64,000 nt of DNA from Nitrospirota bacterium (GTDB taxonomy: Bacteria; Nitrospirota; Nitrospiria; Nitrospirales; Nitrospiraceae): assembly GCA_963701855.1 (NCBI GenBank), contig CAVPBK010000006.1:960001-1024000 (forward strand), written 5' to 3'. The notes under the pieces are model-generated. The model did not search any database. It was not told where the DNA came from and was given only the letters and a program-made list of their open reading frames with translations. This document shows positions 1 to 11,457 of the stretch, in pieces. Position 1 is the first letter of the stretch. Each line of letters starts with the position of its first letter. Made by a program: the position numbers and the translations under genes.

Positions 1-288
1 GCCCAGCAGGCCGAGCGACTGAAACCGGATGGCCCAGGGGATCATAAAAATGACCTCGATATCGAAAATGACAAAGAGCATAGCGATGATGTAGTACCGA
101 ATCGGAAACTGGATGCGTGCATCGGAAAACAGCGGGCTTCCGCTTTCATAGGGGGCCTGCTTGGCTCGATAAGGACGACTCGGCCTGATGAACGAGCCGA
201 CGAGCAGCGAGCCGCCGATGGCGACAACGGCGATGCCGATAAACACCAAGATCGGCAGATAATTCAGTGGAACCGATTCGCCACCCAT
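1..288 (-). CDS. nuoA: NADH-quinone oxidoreductase subunit A (partial, runs off the left edge)
   Basis: Hand translation from ATG at 288 gives MGGESVPLNYLPILVFIGIAVV...KQAPYESG...IRYYIIAMLFVIFDIEVIFMIPWA. PYESG and FVIFDIE are NuoA motifs. CAGGA RBS upstream. Not in the ORF track. Confidence 0.93.
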   Translation of the reverse strand, partial: MGGESVPLNYLPILVFIGIAVVAIGGSLLVGSFIRPSRPYRAKQAPYESGSPLFSDARIQFPIRYYIIAMLFVIFDIEVIFMIPWAIRFQSLGLLG

Positions 289-328
289 AGATTCCTGTTA
301 ACCGTCAAAAGTTAATGGTCACTAGTCA

Positions 329-1549
329 TTAGAAGGAACCAATGGTCGCAGGATTGACCAATGACTGTTGGCTAGCGACCTTGTTTGCCGCCAGCGCCGA
401 GCCGAAGAAGGGTTTGAATTTCAAGCCGTCCAGTTCCGGACGACTGATGCCCTTGTGTTGAACGAGTACCTTGAACGTGCTGCCCATGCCGTCCGGCTTC
501 AAGAGTTGAATCGCGGCGTAAAACTCCCGGCTCTCCGGCTCCAACTCCCCGATCATCTCTTCAGCGCCGAGCCCCATCAGAAAACTCATTTGGTTCGTGA
601 ACCCAGTTACGTGAAGTCCATGCGTCTCACCGACGGCGGCTAGGTTTGAAAAGTCTACATGAGCGGTCATATCCTGCTCGCCGACGCGAATGAATGGATC
701 CTCGTTCGTCCGTTGTTGGAAATAGCAGAGGAACGTGCCGTCCTTCCGCTCAGGCCCATAGAGATCCTGCGCCGTATGGCCATAATCAATCGTCAAAACA
801 AATCCACAATCCATCCGCTGAGCAACCTGCTCCATCCAGTTCAGAGCTTGGAGATTCACCTCAGTTCGGTAGCCTTCCAGCCACGTCGCATTCAGGTGCT
901 CCAGATATTGAGCGAGTGCATCCGTTGACAGAGGCTTGAGACAGTCCTCAAAACATCCGTCGCGATAATCTACATAGAGTTCTTCGGTTCGTCCGGCATT
1001 GACTTGAATTCGGTGCACCGGAAAGGCATCGATTAGTTCGTTGCTCAAGAACAGACCGGTCACGCTCTCCGGCGCCAGCCCATCGAGGCCTTCCACCCAA
1101 GTGACGAGACCGGGCTTGCTGAGCCAGGGAGCCAGATTCTGCTCCTGTAAGCTCCGCATGGCAGGGCTCCGTTCGATCAGGACATAGCGGACACGCGATG
1201 CGAAGTCGTCCTGCCCGGCATAAATTTCCGCCAGGCAGTCTCGTGCTAAAAGTCCTTTGCCTGCACCCATTTCGACGATCGTGAAGGGAGTGGGGCGGCC
1301 CACTAATTCGTCCATTTGCCTGGCCTGTCCGGCAATTGCACGGCCGAGAATCGGGTCCACATCGGAGCTGGTGTAGAAATCGCCGGACCAGCCGATTCGT
1401 TCATGCTCCGCACTGTATGGTTGGCGCATGTAATAGCCGAATTGAGGGTGATAGAGCGCCAGTTCCATAAAGCGGACAAAGGGGATTGGCCCGTTTTGGA
1501 CGATCTCGGACGAAATGGCAGCGATAAGTTCAGGATGCCCGGTTGTCAC
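329..1549 (-). CDS. SAM-dependent methyltransferase, MidA/NDUFAF7 family
   Basis: GPIPFVRFMELALYHPQFGYY, GDFYTS, EMGAGKG, SNELIDAFP, IDYG and GEQDMTAHVDF motifs. Confidence 0.9.
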   Translation of the reverse strand: MTTGHPELIAAISSEIVQNGPIPFVRFMELALYHPQFGYYMRQPYSAEHERIGWSGDFYTSSDVDPILGRAIAGQARQMDELVGRPTPFTIVEMGAGKGLLARDCLAEIYAGQDDFASRVRYVLIERSPAMRSLQEQNLAPWLSKPGLVTWVEGLDGLAPESVTGLFLSNELIDAFPVHRIQVNAGRTEELYVDYRDGCFEDCLKPLSTDALAQYLEHLNATWLEGYRTEVNLQALNWMEQVAQRMDCGFVLTIDYGHTAQDLYGPERKDGTFLCYFQQRTNEDPFIRVGEQDMTAHVDFSNLAAVGETHGLHVTGFTNQMSFLMGLGAEEMIGELEPESREFYAAIQLLKPDGMGSTFKVLVQHKGISRPELDGLKFKPFFGSALAANKVASQQSLVNPATIGSF

Positions 1550-1817
1550 AAGCGACTCCTTATAATCCTATCGACAACACAGGAAAAATGACAGCACAAG
1601 CCGAGGAGACACCCCACCCCTCCCTCTTGAAGGGCAAAAGAGGGCAAACACGTATTGTAGAGTAGCCTTGAGTTTGCTGCTAAGTCAAGGCGAAGATACT
1701 GGAAACTCAGGCAAATCTCCCGATTCGAGGAGGAGGGGATGGTGCCCGATGATCTTCTGTGTTCGCGCAACGCGCGGCCTCAGAAGGATCGGGTGGGAGC
1801 AGCCAGATGCCCTTCTT

Positions 1818-1863
1818 GCTCGCAGAACGCGCACGATGAAACTGTACTCATTCGATGCGCGCA
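1818..1863 (+). repeat. Dispersed 46-bp intergenic repeat, copy 1
   Basis: 39/46 identical to 42430..42475 (gctcgcaga.cgcgca.gatgaaac...tcgatgcgcgca). Confidence 0.75.
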
Positions 1864-2218
1864 GTGGAAGATCAATCAGCCTCCATCCCTGAGGAAATAA
1901 CGAGCGAGCTTGGAAGGATCATTAGCTCTGCATGCGAGAGCCCGGCGATCCTGTCTGGAGTTTCTACCATGCCGCTCCATCCAAGCCGTGACCCTTCTTC
2001 CCCTTTTCTCTCTCCGGCTCGGCTGGATATGGACTGAGGCGTTCGACATAGCGTCTGCCCTATTTGAATAGGTGGTGACGGCCACGCACGACGGCATTGC
2101 GACCCTTCGGCACAGATTTAGAGTCCTGTGTGGTGAAGTGTAAAAGGCACAGTAGCAGTGGCGGCCCGTCGTATCATGGCGACGCCGAAGTTCCACGCCC
2201 TTCGTCAGCCGAGCCTCT

Positions 2219-4939
<2,721 letters not shown>

Positions 4940-5115
4940 GATATTGTCGCTCGGAGCGAACGCCGACCTCCCTAAAATTATTTGACGCAGTATACAACAT
5001 CTTTTCTCTGAATCCTATAACAAGGCAGGGGCTCAGACTCTCCATAGTTCATTCTTACTTGGCCTAAACCCTCAGCCTTCAGCCTTTTTCGGACTGCAGG
5101 TCTCAAATCGTCGTC

Positions 5116-5145
5116 TTGACAGGCCTCGTGGCGGTCCATTAAACT
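5116..5145 (+). promoter_or_regulatory. Putative sigma70 promoter for the metal-uptake cluster
   Basis: TTGACA-18 nt-TAAACT, 30 nt upstream of ATG 5175. Confidence 0.55.
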
Positions 5146-5174
5146 TCGATCAAGTCACACTGGGTCGTTTACCG

Positions 5175-5480
5175 ATGAACCAAGTCGCCCTCAAATTCCT
5201 GTCGATCGTTCTGGTGATCTGTGTCCTTTCCGTCGGCGGATTGGCTCAGGCGCAGTCGGTCGAACATGCCGGACACCATGCCCAGCATCAGGCTGCCACA
5301 CATGGCACCCTGCTCTGCTCTTGGATGTGTGCCGCCGGAACGATTCTCGATTCGGCGGTGGTCACGTTTCAGGCCGAACTCAGCCCTATTGCTTTCATCA
5401 CACTCCCCCATTCTGCACAGCCTTCCATTGTGGCATGCAGAACTTCACCCAGCCGCGCCCCTCCGTCTTTCTTTCTATAG
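5175..5480 (+). CDS. Exported leader peptide 1, His-rich/CxxxC with C-terminal RAPP (DUF2946/CutF/CruR-like)
   Basis: Signal peptide, HAGHHAQH, THGTLLCSWMC, ends PSRAPPSFFL. Two paralogs in the window. Confidence 0.85.
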   Translation: MNQVALKFLSIVLVICVLSVGGLAQAQSVEHAGHHAQHQAATHGTLLCSWMCAAGTILDSAVVTFQAELSPIAFITLPHSAQPSIVACRTSPSRAPPSFFL

Positions 5481-5602
5481 TTTTCGTCGATCATCGGCTC
5501 GCAACGAGAGCCGCATTCCGTCTCTCGTATGATCCACTGAGTGGGTTGTAAGGCAGCCGGATAGGGACGATTCTTAATAGAGAGAAAAGGAACAGCGTCA
5601 TA

Positions 5603-6718
5603 ATGGTACGTAAACGGTTCATACTCGGATTCATTCTCAGTCTTACACTCGTTGTCTTCTCGTGGCCCGGCGCCCAGACCGCACAGGCCTCGTGCGGATC
5701 CGTCACTTGCTTTGTCGTGATCGGGTCGGCGCAGCAAGTCTCGCCGGAAGGTCTCCTCACCGTGAATACGTTTTATAACTATACGAAGCAGTCCACCTTG
5801 CCGCCTGGGGGAAGTGGAATTATCCCGGGTGTTGACGTCGCGAATAGGAATATGATCCTCGACCATCACAAGGAGATTCGTACGATTACACAAATGGTGA
5901 CCTTGGATTTGAACTATGGCATCAGCGATCGGCTCGGCATCGAAGTCGCCATTCCCTACAAGATGCTCGAACATCACCACATTGATGGGCTCGGTGAGGA
6001 CAACGGCGGTGCCGGTGTGGCGACCAAATTCACCGATTCCGGCATTGGAGACATTTTTGTCAATCTGAAGTACAACGCGTTGCCGACGCTGACGAGTATG
6101 GTCGTCACCGGATTTGGCGTCTATCTGCCCACCGGTGAAAATAAAGCCGCAGACCCCAACGGCGGGGTCTTTGAACCGACGGCCCAGCTGGGACGAGGGC
6201 AGGTCGGCCTCCAGGGATCACTGTACGGGACCTATGAGCTCATTCCTCACCGGTTAAACCAGTTCGCCACCGCCAGTTATCGCCACACGTTCCAAAACAA
6301 CTGGGGGTATCAATTCGGCGATCAGTACGACTTGAGTACGGGCGCCAATCTCGTTGCGGCTCCGTGGCTCGTGCTGAACGCGCAGCTCAATTACCGGTAT
6401 ATGGTGCATGACTCCTGTAAATGCTCGCTGTCTCAGTCGCTAGTTCCAGGCGACCTAGGCTTCCCGGGCGAAGCAGCCCTCGTTGACGGTACCATCAAGA
6501 CTCGACCGGTGCCCACCACCGGGTCAACCTTTTTAGCCTTTACGCCCGGATTTTCCCTGAATATGGGAACATTATTGCCGGAGCAAAAGTGGGCCGACAC
6601 GTTGCAGGCCTATTTCTTTGCCCAGATTCCGGTGCAGGCGGACTTCAACGGGAACCTGCAGCAGAGCACAAGTTTCATGGCCGGGCTCACGAAGTATTTT
6701 AATTTCACCAAGTCCTGA
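5603..6718 (+). CDS. Outer-membrane beta-barrel 'transporter' family protein with N-terminal Cys motif
   Basis: Signal ending AQA then SCGSVTC, HHH patch, GIGD and LPTG motifs, amphipathic strands, aromatic C-terminus (KYFNF). Confidence 0.7.
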   Translation: MVRKRFILGFILSLTLVVFSWPGAQTAQASCGSVTCFVVIGSAQQVSPEGLLTVNTFYNYTKQSTLPPGGSGIIPGVDVANRNMILDHHKEIRTITQMVTLDLNYGISDRLGIEVAIPYKMLEHHHIDGLGEDNGGAGVATKFTDSGIGDIFVNLKYNALPTLTSMVVTGFGVYLPTGENKAADPNGGVFEPTAQLGRGQVGLQGSLYGTYELIPHRLNQFATASYRHTFQNNWGYQFGDQYDLSTGANLVAAPWLVLNAQLNYRYMVHDSCKCSLSQSLVPGDLGFPGEAALVDGTIKTRPVPTTGSTFLAFTPGFSLNMGTLLPEQKWADTLQAYFFAQIPVQADFNGNLQQSTSFMAGLTKYFNFTKS

Positions 6719-6749
6719 CCGTCAGGACGCGGGCCGAGGAGGAGGATCT

Positions 6750-7304
6750 ATGAGCAAGCGTACGGTATTGGCACTCGGGATAGTGATGGGGCTGACATTC
6801 GTTAGTCTCTGGCTCCCGACGATCTCGGTCTGGAGCATGGGCTCGCGAGTCCCGACGGTCGGAATGCAAGCTGAGGATTTTCGCTTGCCCGATCTGGCAG
6901 GCAAGGAACAGAGCCTCAGCCAGTATCGCGGCAAGATCGTGCTCCTAAACTTCTGGGCTACCTGGTGCAAACCCTGCACAACAGAAATGCCGGCCATGCA
7001 AACCATTTATGACAAGCTGCGAGACAAAGGCTTCGTGGTCCTCGCCGTCAACGAGTTAGAGGACGACGCCAAAGTGCGCGAGCACATCAAGCAGTATGGC
7101 CATACATTCCCGGTCCTGATGGATCACGACAACAAAGTCGCCAACCAGTTCGGCGTGTTCGGATTGCCCGTGAGCGTCTTCATCGACCAAGAGGGCCGAG
7201 TCCAGGAATATATCAAGGGCGGGCTGCTCACCGAACAGAAGATCGAGGAAACCGTCGCACGGATTCAGAAACAGGAGCCGGTAAAGGCAGCGGCTCTTCG
7301 ATAA
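6750..7304 (+). CDS. TlpA/ResA-like periplasmic thiol-disulfide reductase
   Basis: LNFWATWCKPC and GLPVS (cis-Pro). GGAGG RBS supports the start at 6750. Confidence 0.9.
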   Translation: MSKRTVLALGIVMGLTFVSLWLPTISVWSMGSRVPTVGMQAEDFRLPDLAGKEQSLSQYRGKIVLLNFWATWCKPCTTEMPAMQTIYDKLRDKGFVVLAVNELEDDAKVREHIKQYGHTFPVLMDHDNKVANQFGVFGLPVSVFIDQEGRVQEYIKGGLLTEQKIEETVARIQKQEPVKAAALR

Positions 7305-7310
7305 AGACTT

Positions 7311-7610
7311 ATGAACCCTAGGACTCGACAATTTGTAATCGGAGGGTTCGCGCTCTGGCTTGTGGCGCTCAGCGGAATTGTGTACCCGCAGCTCACCACC
7401 CACATGGGGCAACATGAGCATCACAACGCAACGACTCACGCCACCGCACTCTGTTCATGGCTCTGCATCGCGGCCGACGCGGTCGAGGGCACTTCAGTGT
7501 CCTTCATTCCCGTTGAACTAGTAGACTCTATCGAACAGGAGTCCCTCAGACCACAGATCAGTGCTCTCATTAGTTTTCAGCCACCAGCACGTGCCCCGCC
7601 CTTCGCATAA
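7311..7610 (+). CDS. Exported leader peptide 2 (RAPP type)
   Basis: TM/signal, HMGQHEHH, THATALCSWLC, ends PARAPPFA. Confidence 0.85.
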   Translation: MNPRTRQFVIGGFALWLVALSGIVYPQLTTHMGQHEHHNATTHATALCSWLCIAADAVEGTSVSFIPVELVDSIEQESLRPQISALISFQPPARAPPFA

Positions 7611-7785
7611 TTCCTCCTCCTTTCCAATCTTCAGAGCTTGTCAGTGATAGCGCTCACAACTTCTTTCCCCTGACAGAGGTTGCGGTCGGTCATCGATCTG
7701 ACTTGGGGGAAGGGAAGCAGCTTGACTGAAATCGCGCCTGCATGTCGCATCTTTGAAATAGAATCAGACTGAGGAGAATGAATCG

Positions 7786-7920
7786 ATGAGACACAGTCGG
7801 TCTTCGACTCGATGGTTAGGGACATCTTTCCTGACGTTCTTTTCCCTTGGTCAGTTGAAGGAAGAGACAAGGACTGAGCCTAAAGCCGAGCATACATTCA
7901 CACCGGTGGTGCTCAAGTGA
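7786..7920 (+). pseudogene. 44-aa ORF, probable internal-deletion remnant of an exported protein
   Basis: GAGGAG RBS. MRHSRSSTRWLGTSFLTFFSLGQLKEETRTEPKAEHTFTPVVLK*. Stop overlaps the tonB GTG start (GTGA). Confidence 0.45.
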
Positions 7921-8813
7921 CACTCAATACGGATTGGCGGTATCGCGTACAAGGATGGGTGGTGTCCGCGGCTTTTCACGGCCTTGCGCTCACCGTGGCC
8001 CTTGGGCTCATGGCTCAGGTCAAACCGGCAGTGCCGAAAGAGGTGTTTACGTGGGACGTCGCCTTGGTCGAACCAGAACGGATTCCAGAAACACGTCAGG
8101 CTGAATTCACGCCAACCCAGGAACCTGCAAAACCAACTCCGCGTCCGTCAACTCCCACCCCCAGACAGCCCCAAATGGTCACCCGGGAAGTGCGGCCACG
8201 CGAGGTAACACCGATTGTGCAGCGCGAAATCCGCCAGGTGGTCGAGACGAGTCAGCCGACTCAACAGATGGTGGCGGTGCACACGAGTACCGAGGCAGTC
8301 ACGCCGGTCCAGGAACAGCCTCCAGCAGAGGTTCAGCAGACCACGCAGGCTGTGGTTGAGTCGATAGCCCCTGTCGTTCAGCATGAAGGAGTGACTGCTG
8401 AACCGGCGATTAGCTCAGCGCCGGAGACTGCTGCTGCGAGCGACGCCAAACCGACTGAATCTGTCGCACAGGAGTCCGCACCACAAGTAGCAATGGCAAC
8501 CCGTCCGACTCCCGTGGTCAAAGTCGATCATGGCTGGTTGGCCGAATCGCTGAGGCGGAGACTGGCTGAGATCAAACGCTATCCAAGCACCGCGCGCCTC
8601 AATGGCTGGGAAGGGAAGGTCGTGCTGCGCGCAGTCATTCGAGCCGATGGCCATTTGTCAGAGGTAAAGGTGCATCGCAGTTCCGGCTATGAGTCACTCG
8701 ATAATGCGGCCATAGAAGCCATCCGCTTGGTCTGTCCGCTCCATATGCATCAACCACTCGGTACGCCCGAAGTAGCGGTGTATGTGCCGATGGTCTATAG
8801 CCTCGGAAGTTAG
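7917..8813 (+). CDS. tonB: Energy transducer TonB
   Basis: N-terminal TM with SAAFH, Pro/Gln-rich linker, TonB C-terminal domain YP..AR..GWEGKV and SSGYESLDNAA. Confidence 0.9.
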   Translation: MTLNTDWRYRVQGWVVSAAFHGLALTVALGLMAQVKPAVPKEVFTWDVALVEPERIPETRQAEFTPTQEPAKPTPRPSTPTPRQPQMVTREVRPREVTPIVQREIRQVVETSQPTQQMVAVHTSTEAVTPVQEQPPAEVQQTTQAVVESIAPVVQHEGVTAEPAISSAPETAAASDAKPTESVAQESAPQVAMATRPTPVVKVDHGWLAESLRRRLAEIKRYPSTARLNGWEGKVVLRAVIRADGHLSEVKVHRSSGYESLDNAAIEAIRLVCPLHMHQPLGTPEVAVYVPMVYSLGS

Positions 8814-8833
8814 CCGATAGGAATTGATGTCCT

Positions 8834-9181
8834 ATGTCTCTGCTGTCAGGCCAAGGATTGAAGATGGTCAAGCTGGCGTTGGGCCTTCTAGGCATGGTGA
8901 CTATGCCAATCTGGGCTGAGGAGAAGCAGGATGTGATGAGCGAATCGGCACGAGCGGCGCGTATCCAGCAACTGCAGCGGGATCGCGCGAAGGTCGAACG
9001 GAAATTGCGTCAACTCCGTTCGCACCCGGAAGGCACAGCTCGATTATCCGCTCCCAGAACCGAACTCTCGGACCAACCGACGAGAAGTCTGAAGGAATCG
9101 CTCGAATCCTTGCCAGGAGTGAGTGCGCGGCAAAGTTTCAGTGGGCGCGATGTACCCTTATCCATTCGTGGCTTGAAGTGA
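8834..9181 (+). CDS. Small exported protein homologous to the N-terminus/start of the plug of the downstream TonB-dependent receptor
   Basis: DQPTRSLKESLESLPGVSARQSFSGRDVPLSIRG aligns with the receptor segment SQPTRTMKESMESLPGVVLRQANGPRDFSIMIRG. Signal plus coiled coil. Start may be 8864. Confidence 0.7.
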   Translation: MSLLSGQGLKMVKLALGLLGMVTMPIWAEEKQDVMSESARAARIQQLQRDRAKVERKLRQLRSHPEGTARLSAPRTELSDQPTRSLKESLESLPGVSARQSFSGRDVPLSIRGLK

Positions 9182-9189
9182 GGTGCCCT

Positions 9190-10476
9190 ATGGTCGAACG
9201 GAAACTCAGAATTAGGCGATTAGTATGGATGGTCGGAATTGGGATCAGTACCGTCTCGCTCGCGTCAATGGCGCTGGCTGAGCCGGATCAGGCATGGCGA
9301 TTCGGCCCGAAACTGACGACTGATCACAAGGTTCGGGCCATGGTAGGTCCTTCTGTCAGAATCGACGACGAAGGTCGTATCGCACTTGCCTGGGTTGAAG
9401 AGGACAAGGACACTCGCACGGTGTTCTATGCCGGAACTAAGAGGCCGGAAGGACCGATTGGCGCTCAGGTGAAAGTGAATCAGACGAATGAGGCGCCCTA
9501 TATGCGACAGGAAGCACCAGCGCTAGCGGTGGTTGGAGACGACGTGTTTCTAACATGGGCATTAACCCATCCCAAACTGACCACGGACAAGCCGTTTTCG
9601 AACGAATTGAGGCTAAGCCGGTCCATCGACGGCGGCAAAACATTTCTGCCCTCCATCCTGGTGAATGATGACGAGCAGGTCATCGGCCACAGTTTTGACT
9701 CGATCCACGTCGCTCCTGACGGCGAGGTGCACATGTCCTGGATTGACGGGCGGGAAGGCCGGAGGGAACCCGACATATTCGTGACCCGTTCGAAGGATCA
9801 CGGTCGCACCGTCGCGAAGAACCTCAAAGTGGACGAGAATGCCTGTGTCTGTTGCCGGACCGCTCTCACTACTGGGCTTGACGGGACGCTCTTTCTGGCC
9901 TGGCGCAAGGTGCTCCCTGGCGATCTACGCGAAACGGTGGTCGCGCGTTCCACAGACGGGGGGGGCACGTTTTCTTCGCCGGTAATCGTGGGGCACGATA
10001 AGTGGGTGTTCCCCGGCTGTCCGCATCGACCTGCCTCAATCGGAACGGATCGCCTGGGGCGTCTCTATGTCGTTTGGTATACGGAAGGCGAAGATGACAC
10101 GCCGGCGATCTATGTCGCCTACTCAGATGATCGTGCAAGCTCGTTCTCCTCCAAACACAAATTGAATCTGTCCAAGGGAACCTTTCCCGACCACCCACAA
10201 ATGGCCGTTGATCCTGAGGGCCGGCTTGTCATCGCCTGGGAAGAACAATCGCCGGTTCGCCGCGAAGTCGTCGTGAGTGTCTCACTCGATCGTGGACAGA
10301 CATTTAGTCCGCCGCAGAAATTGAATGACAAGAAAGGCCAGACCCCGGCCGTCTCGATAAATTCGAAGGGGCTCGCTGCCTTGGCTTGGATGGAACACGC
10401 GATGCCGGCTCATCGCATGGTGGTCCAGACCATTCAACTCCCCCCCATAAACGTCCTCGCGAGGCAAGAGCCATAA
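9190..10476 (+). CDS. Exported sialidase-fold (Asp-box/BNR) beta-propeller with CVCC and GCPH motifs
   Basis: Asp boxes SIDGGKTF, SKDHGRT, STDGGGTF and SLDRGQTF. Signal peptide. GAGGTG RBS before ATG 9190. Confidence 0.8.
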   Translation: MVERKLRIRRLVWMVGIGISTVSLASMALAEPDQAWRFGPKLTTDHKVRAMVGPSVRIDDEGRIALAWVEEDKDTRTVFYAGTKRPEGPIGAQVKVNQTNEAPYMRQEAPALAVVGDDVFLTWALTHPKLTTDKPFSNELRLSRSIDGGKTFLPSILVNDDEQVIGHSFDSIHVAPDGEVHMSWIDGREGRREPDIFVTRSKDHGRTVAKNLKVDENACVCCRTALTTGLDGTLFLAWRKVLPGDLRETVVARSTDGGGTFSSPVIVGHDKWVFPGCPHRPASIGTDRLGRLYVVWYTEGEDDTPAIYVAYSDDRASSFSSKHKLNLSKGTFPDHPQMAVDPEGRLVIAWEEQSPVRREVVVSVSLDRGQTFSPPQKLNDKKGQTPAVSINSKGLAALAWMEHAMPAHRMVVQTIQLPPINVLARQEP

Positions 10477-10477
10477 C

Positions 10478-11026
10478 GTGGATGTGTTGGTGAAACGAGT
10501 TGTGATTGCAGCAATGCTCTCTCTCATGAGCATCGGGTCGCCTGGTCCCACACTTGCCGGCGATCCCTTTGTCGCGCTCAAAATGAGCCGGCTGCCGGCC
10601 GGCAGCATGGCGGCGCCCTTTGAACTTACGACGCTGGACGGCACTATCGTGAAGTCGAACGAGTTCGCTGGGAAGGTCGTGCTGGTGAATTTTTGGGCCA
10701 CATGGTGCGGGCCCTGCAAAGAGGAAATGCCGTCACTGGCGCATTTACAGAAGCAGTTAGACCCAACACAATTTGCCCTCCTGACCGTCACGACGGACCT
10801 GCAGCGCCATGGTATCACACACTTTCTGGCTCAGTTGGGAGTCAGTCTGCCGGTGCTCTTCGATGAAAATCAGGAAGTATCTCGGTCCTTTATGGTGCGC
10901 GGCCTCCCGACTACGATCGTGATTGCACGGGATGGCACGTTGGTCGGGCGAGCGGTCGGGCCTCGCGCCTGGGATAGTCCAGAGGCAGAGGCGGCGATGC
11001 GGCAGGTGATGGAGCACGGGAGATGA
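10478..11026 (+). CDS. TlpA-like thiol-disulfide reductase, second copy
   Basis: VNFWATWCGPC, GLPTT, and G.R.WDSPE tail. Confidence 0.9.
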   Translation: MDVLVKRVVIAAMLSLMSIGSPGPTLAGDPFVALKMSRLPAGSMAAPFELTTLDGTIVKSNEFAGKVVLVNFWATWCGPCKEEMPSLAHLQKQLDPTQFALLTVTTDLQRHGITHFLAQLGVSLPVLFDENQEVSRSFMVRGLPTTIVIARDGTLVGRAVGPRAWDSPEAEAAMRQVMEHGR

Positions 11027-11331
11027 GAAAGTGTTTCGTCCCACTGGCTCTGGGCATCGCGATGCTGTACCTGACGCTATCGGTCACTGCCATGGCCTGC
11101 CTCTTGGCACACAAGAGCCAGCCACGCTCAGCCCATCATCACACGGGCGGAATGACGCATTCTTCTCTGTGCGCCTGGGCCTGCCATGCCAACCCAACCG
11201 TTGACCTTCCGGTAACCACCCTGCAGACGCAGCCCGTTCCACTCGTGTCAATGCTGCTGTTGGTTGACTCTTCCGTCTCGTCGTTCCTCTCCCAGCAATC
11301 GACCCGATCCCGCGCGCCTCCCCAATCGTAG
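11023..11331 (+). CDS. Exported leader peptide 3 (RAPP type)
   Basis: Signal, AHHH, THSSLCAWAC, ends RSRAPPQS. ATGA overlap with the upstream tlpA. Confidence 0.85.
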   Translation: MRKCFVPLALGIAMLYLTLSVTAMACLLAHKSQPRSAHHHTGGMTHSSLCAWACHANPTVDLPVTTLQTQPVPLVSMLLLVDSSVSSFLSQQSTRSRAPPQS

Positions 11332-11457
11332 CTTCGCATCCACTTCAACGCAACATTCATCAACCGTCTCTCTGTGTGGGCAGCGCTATGAACTTTGTAG
11401 CCTGTCACCGGCTTGAAGGCGGTGTGTCGTGTCTATTTTCCAAGAAGGAGCATGGCT

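Noticed and set aside
1876..2049. Small basic ORF MSNASVHIQPSRREKRG...
   Set aside because: Weak RBS, no recognisable motif, and it ends in a repeat-like region, so it cannot be supported without a homology search
4940..5480. Leader 1 as a SecM-like regulator of secA
   Set aside because: It is divergent from secA, so it cannot act in cis on secA translation. Its downstream gene is the beta-barrel.
7611..7785. Cobalamin riboswitch before tonB
   Set aside because: Hairpins are present, but I could not find a B12-box or the other conserved elements
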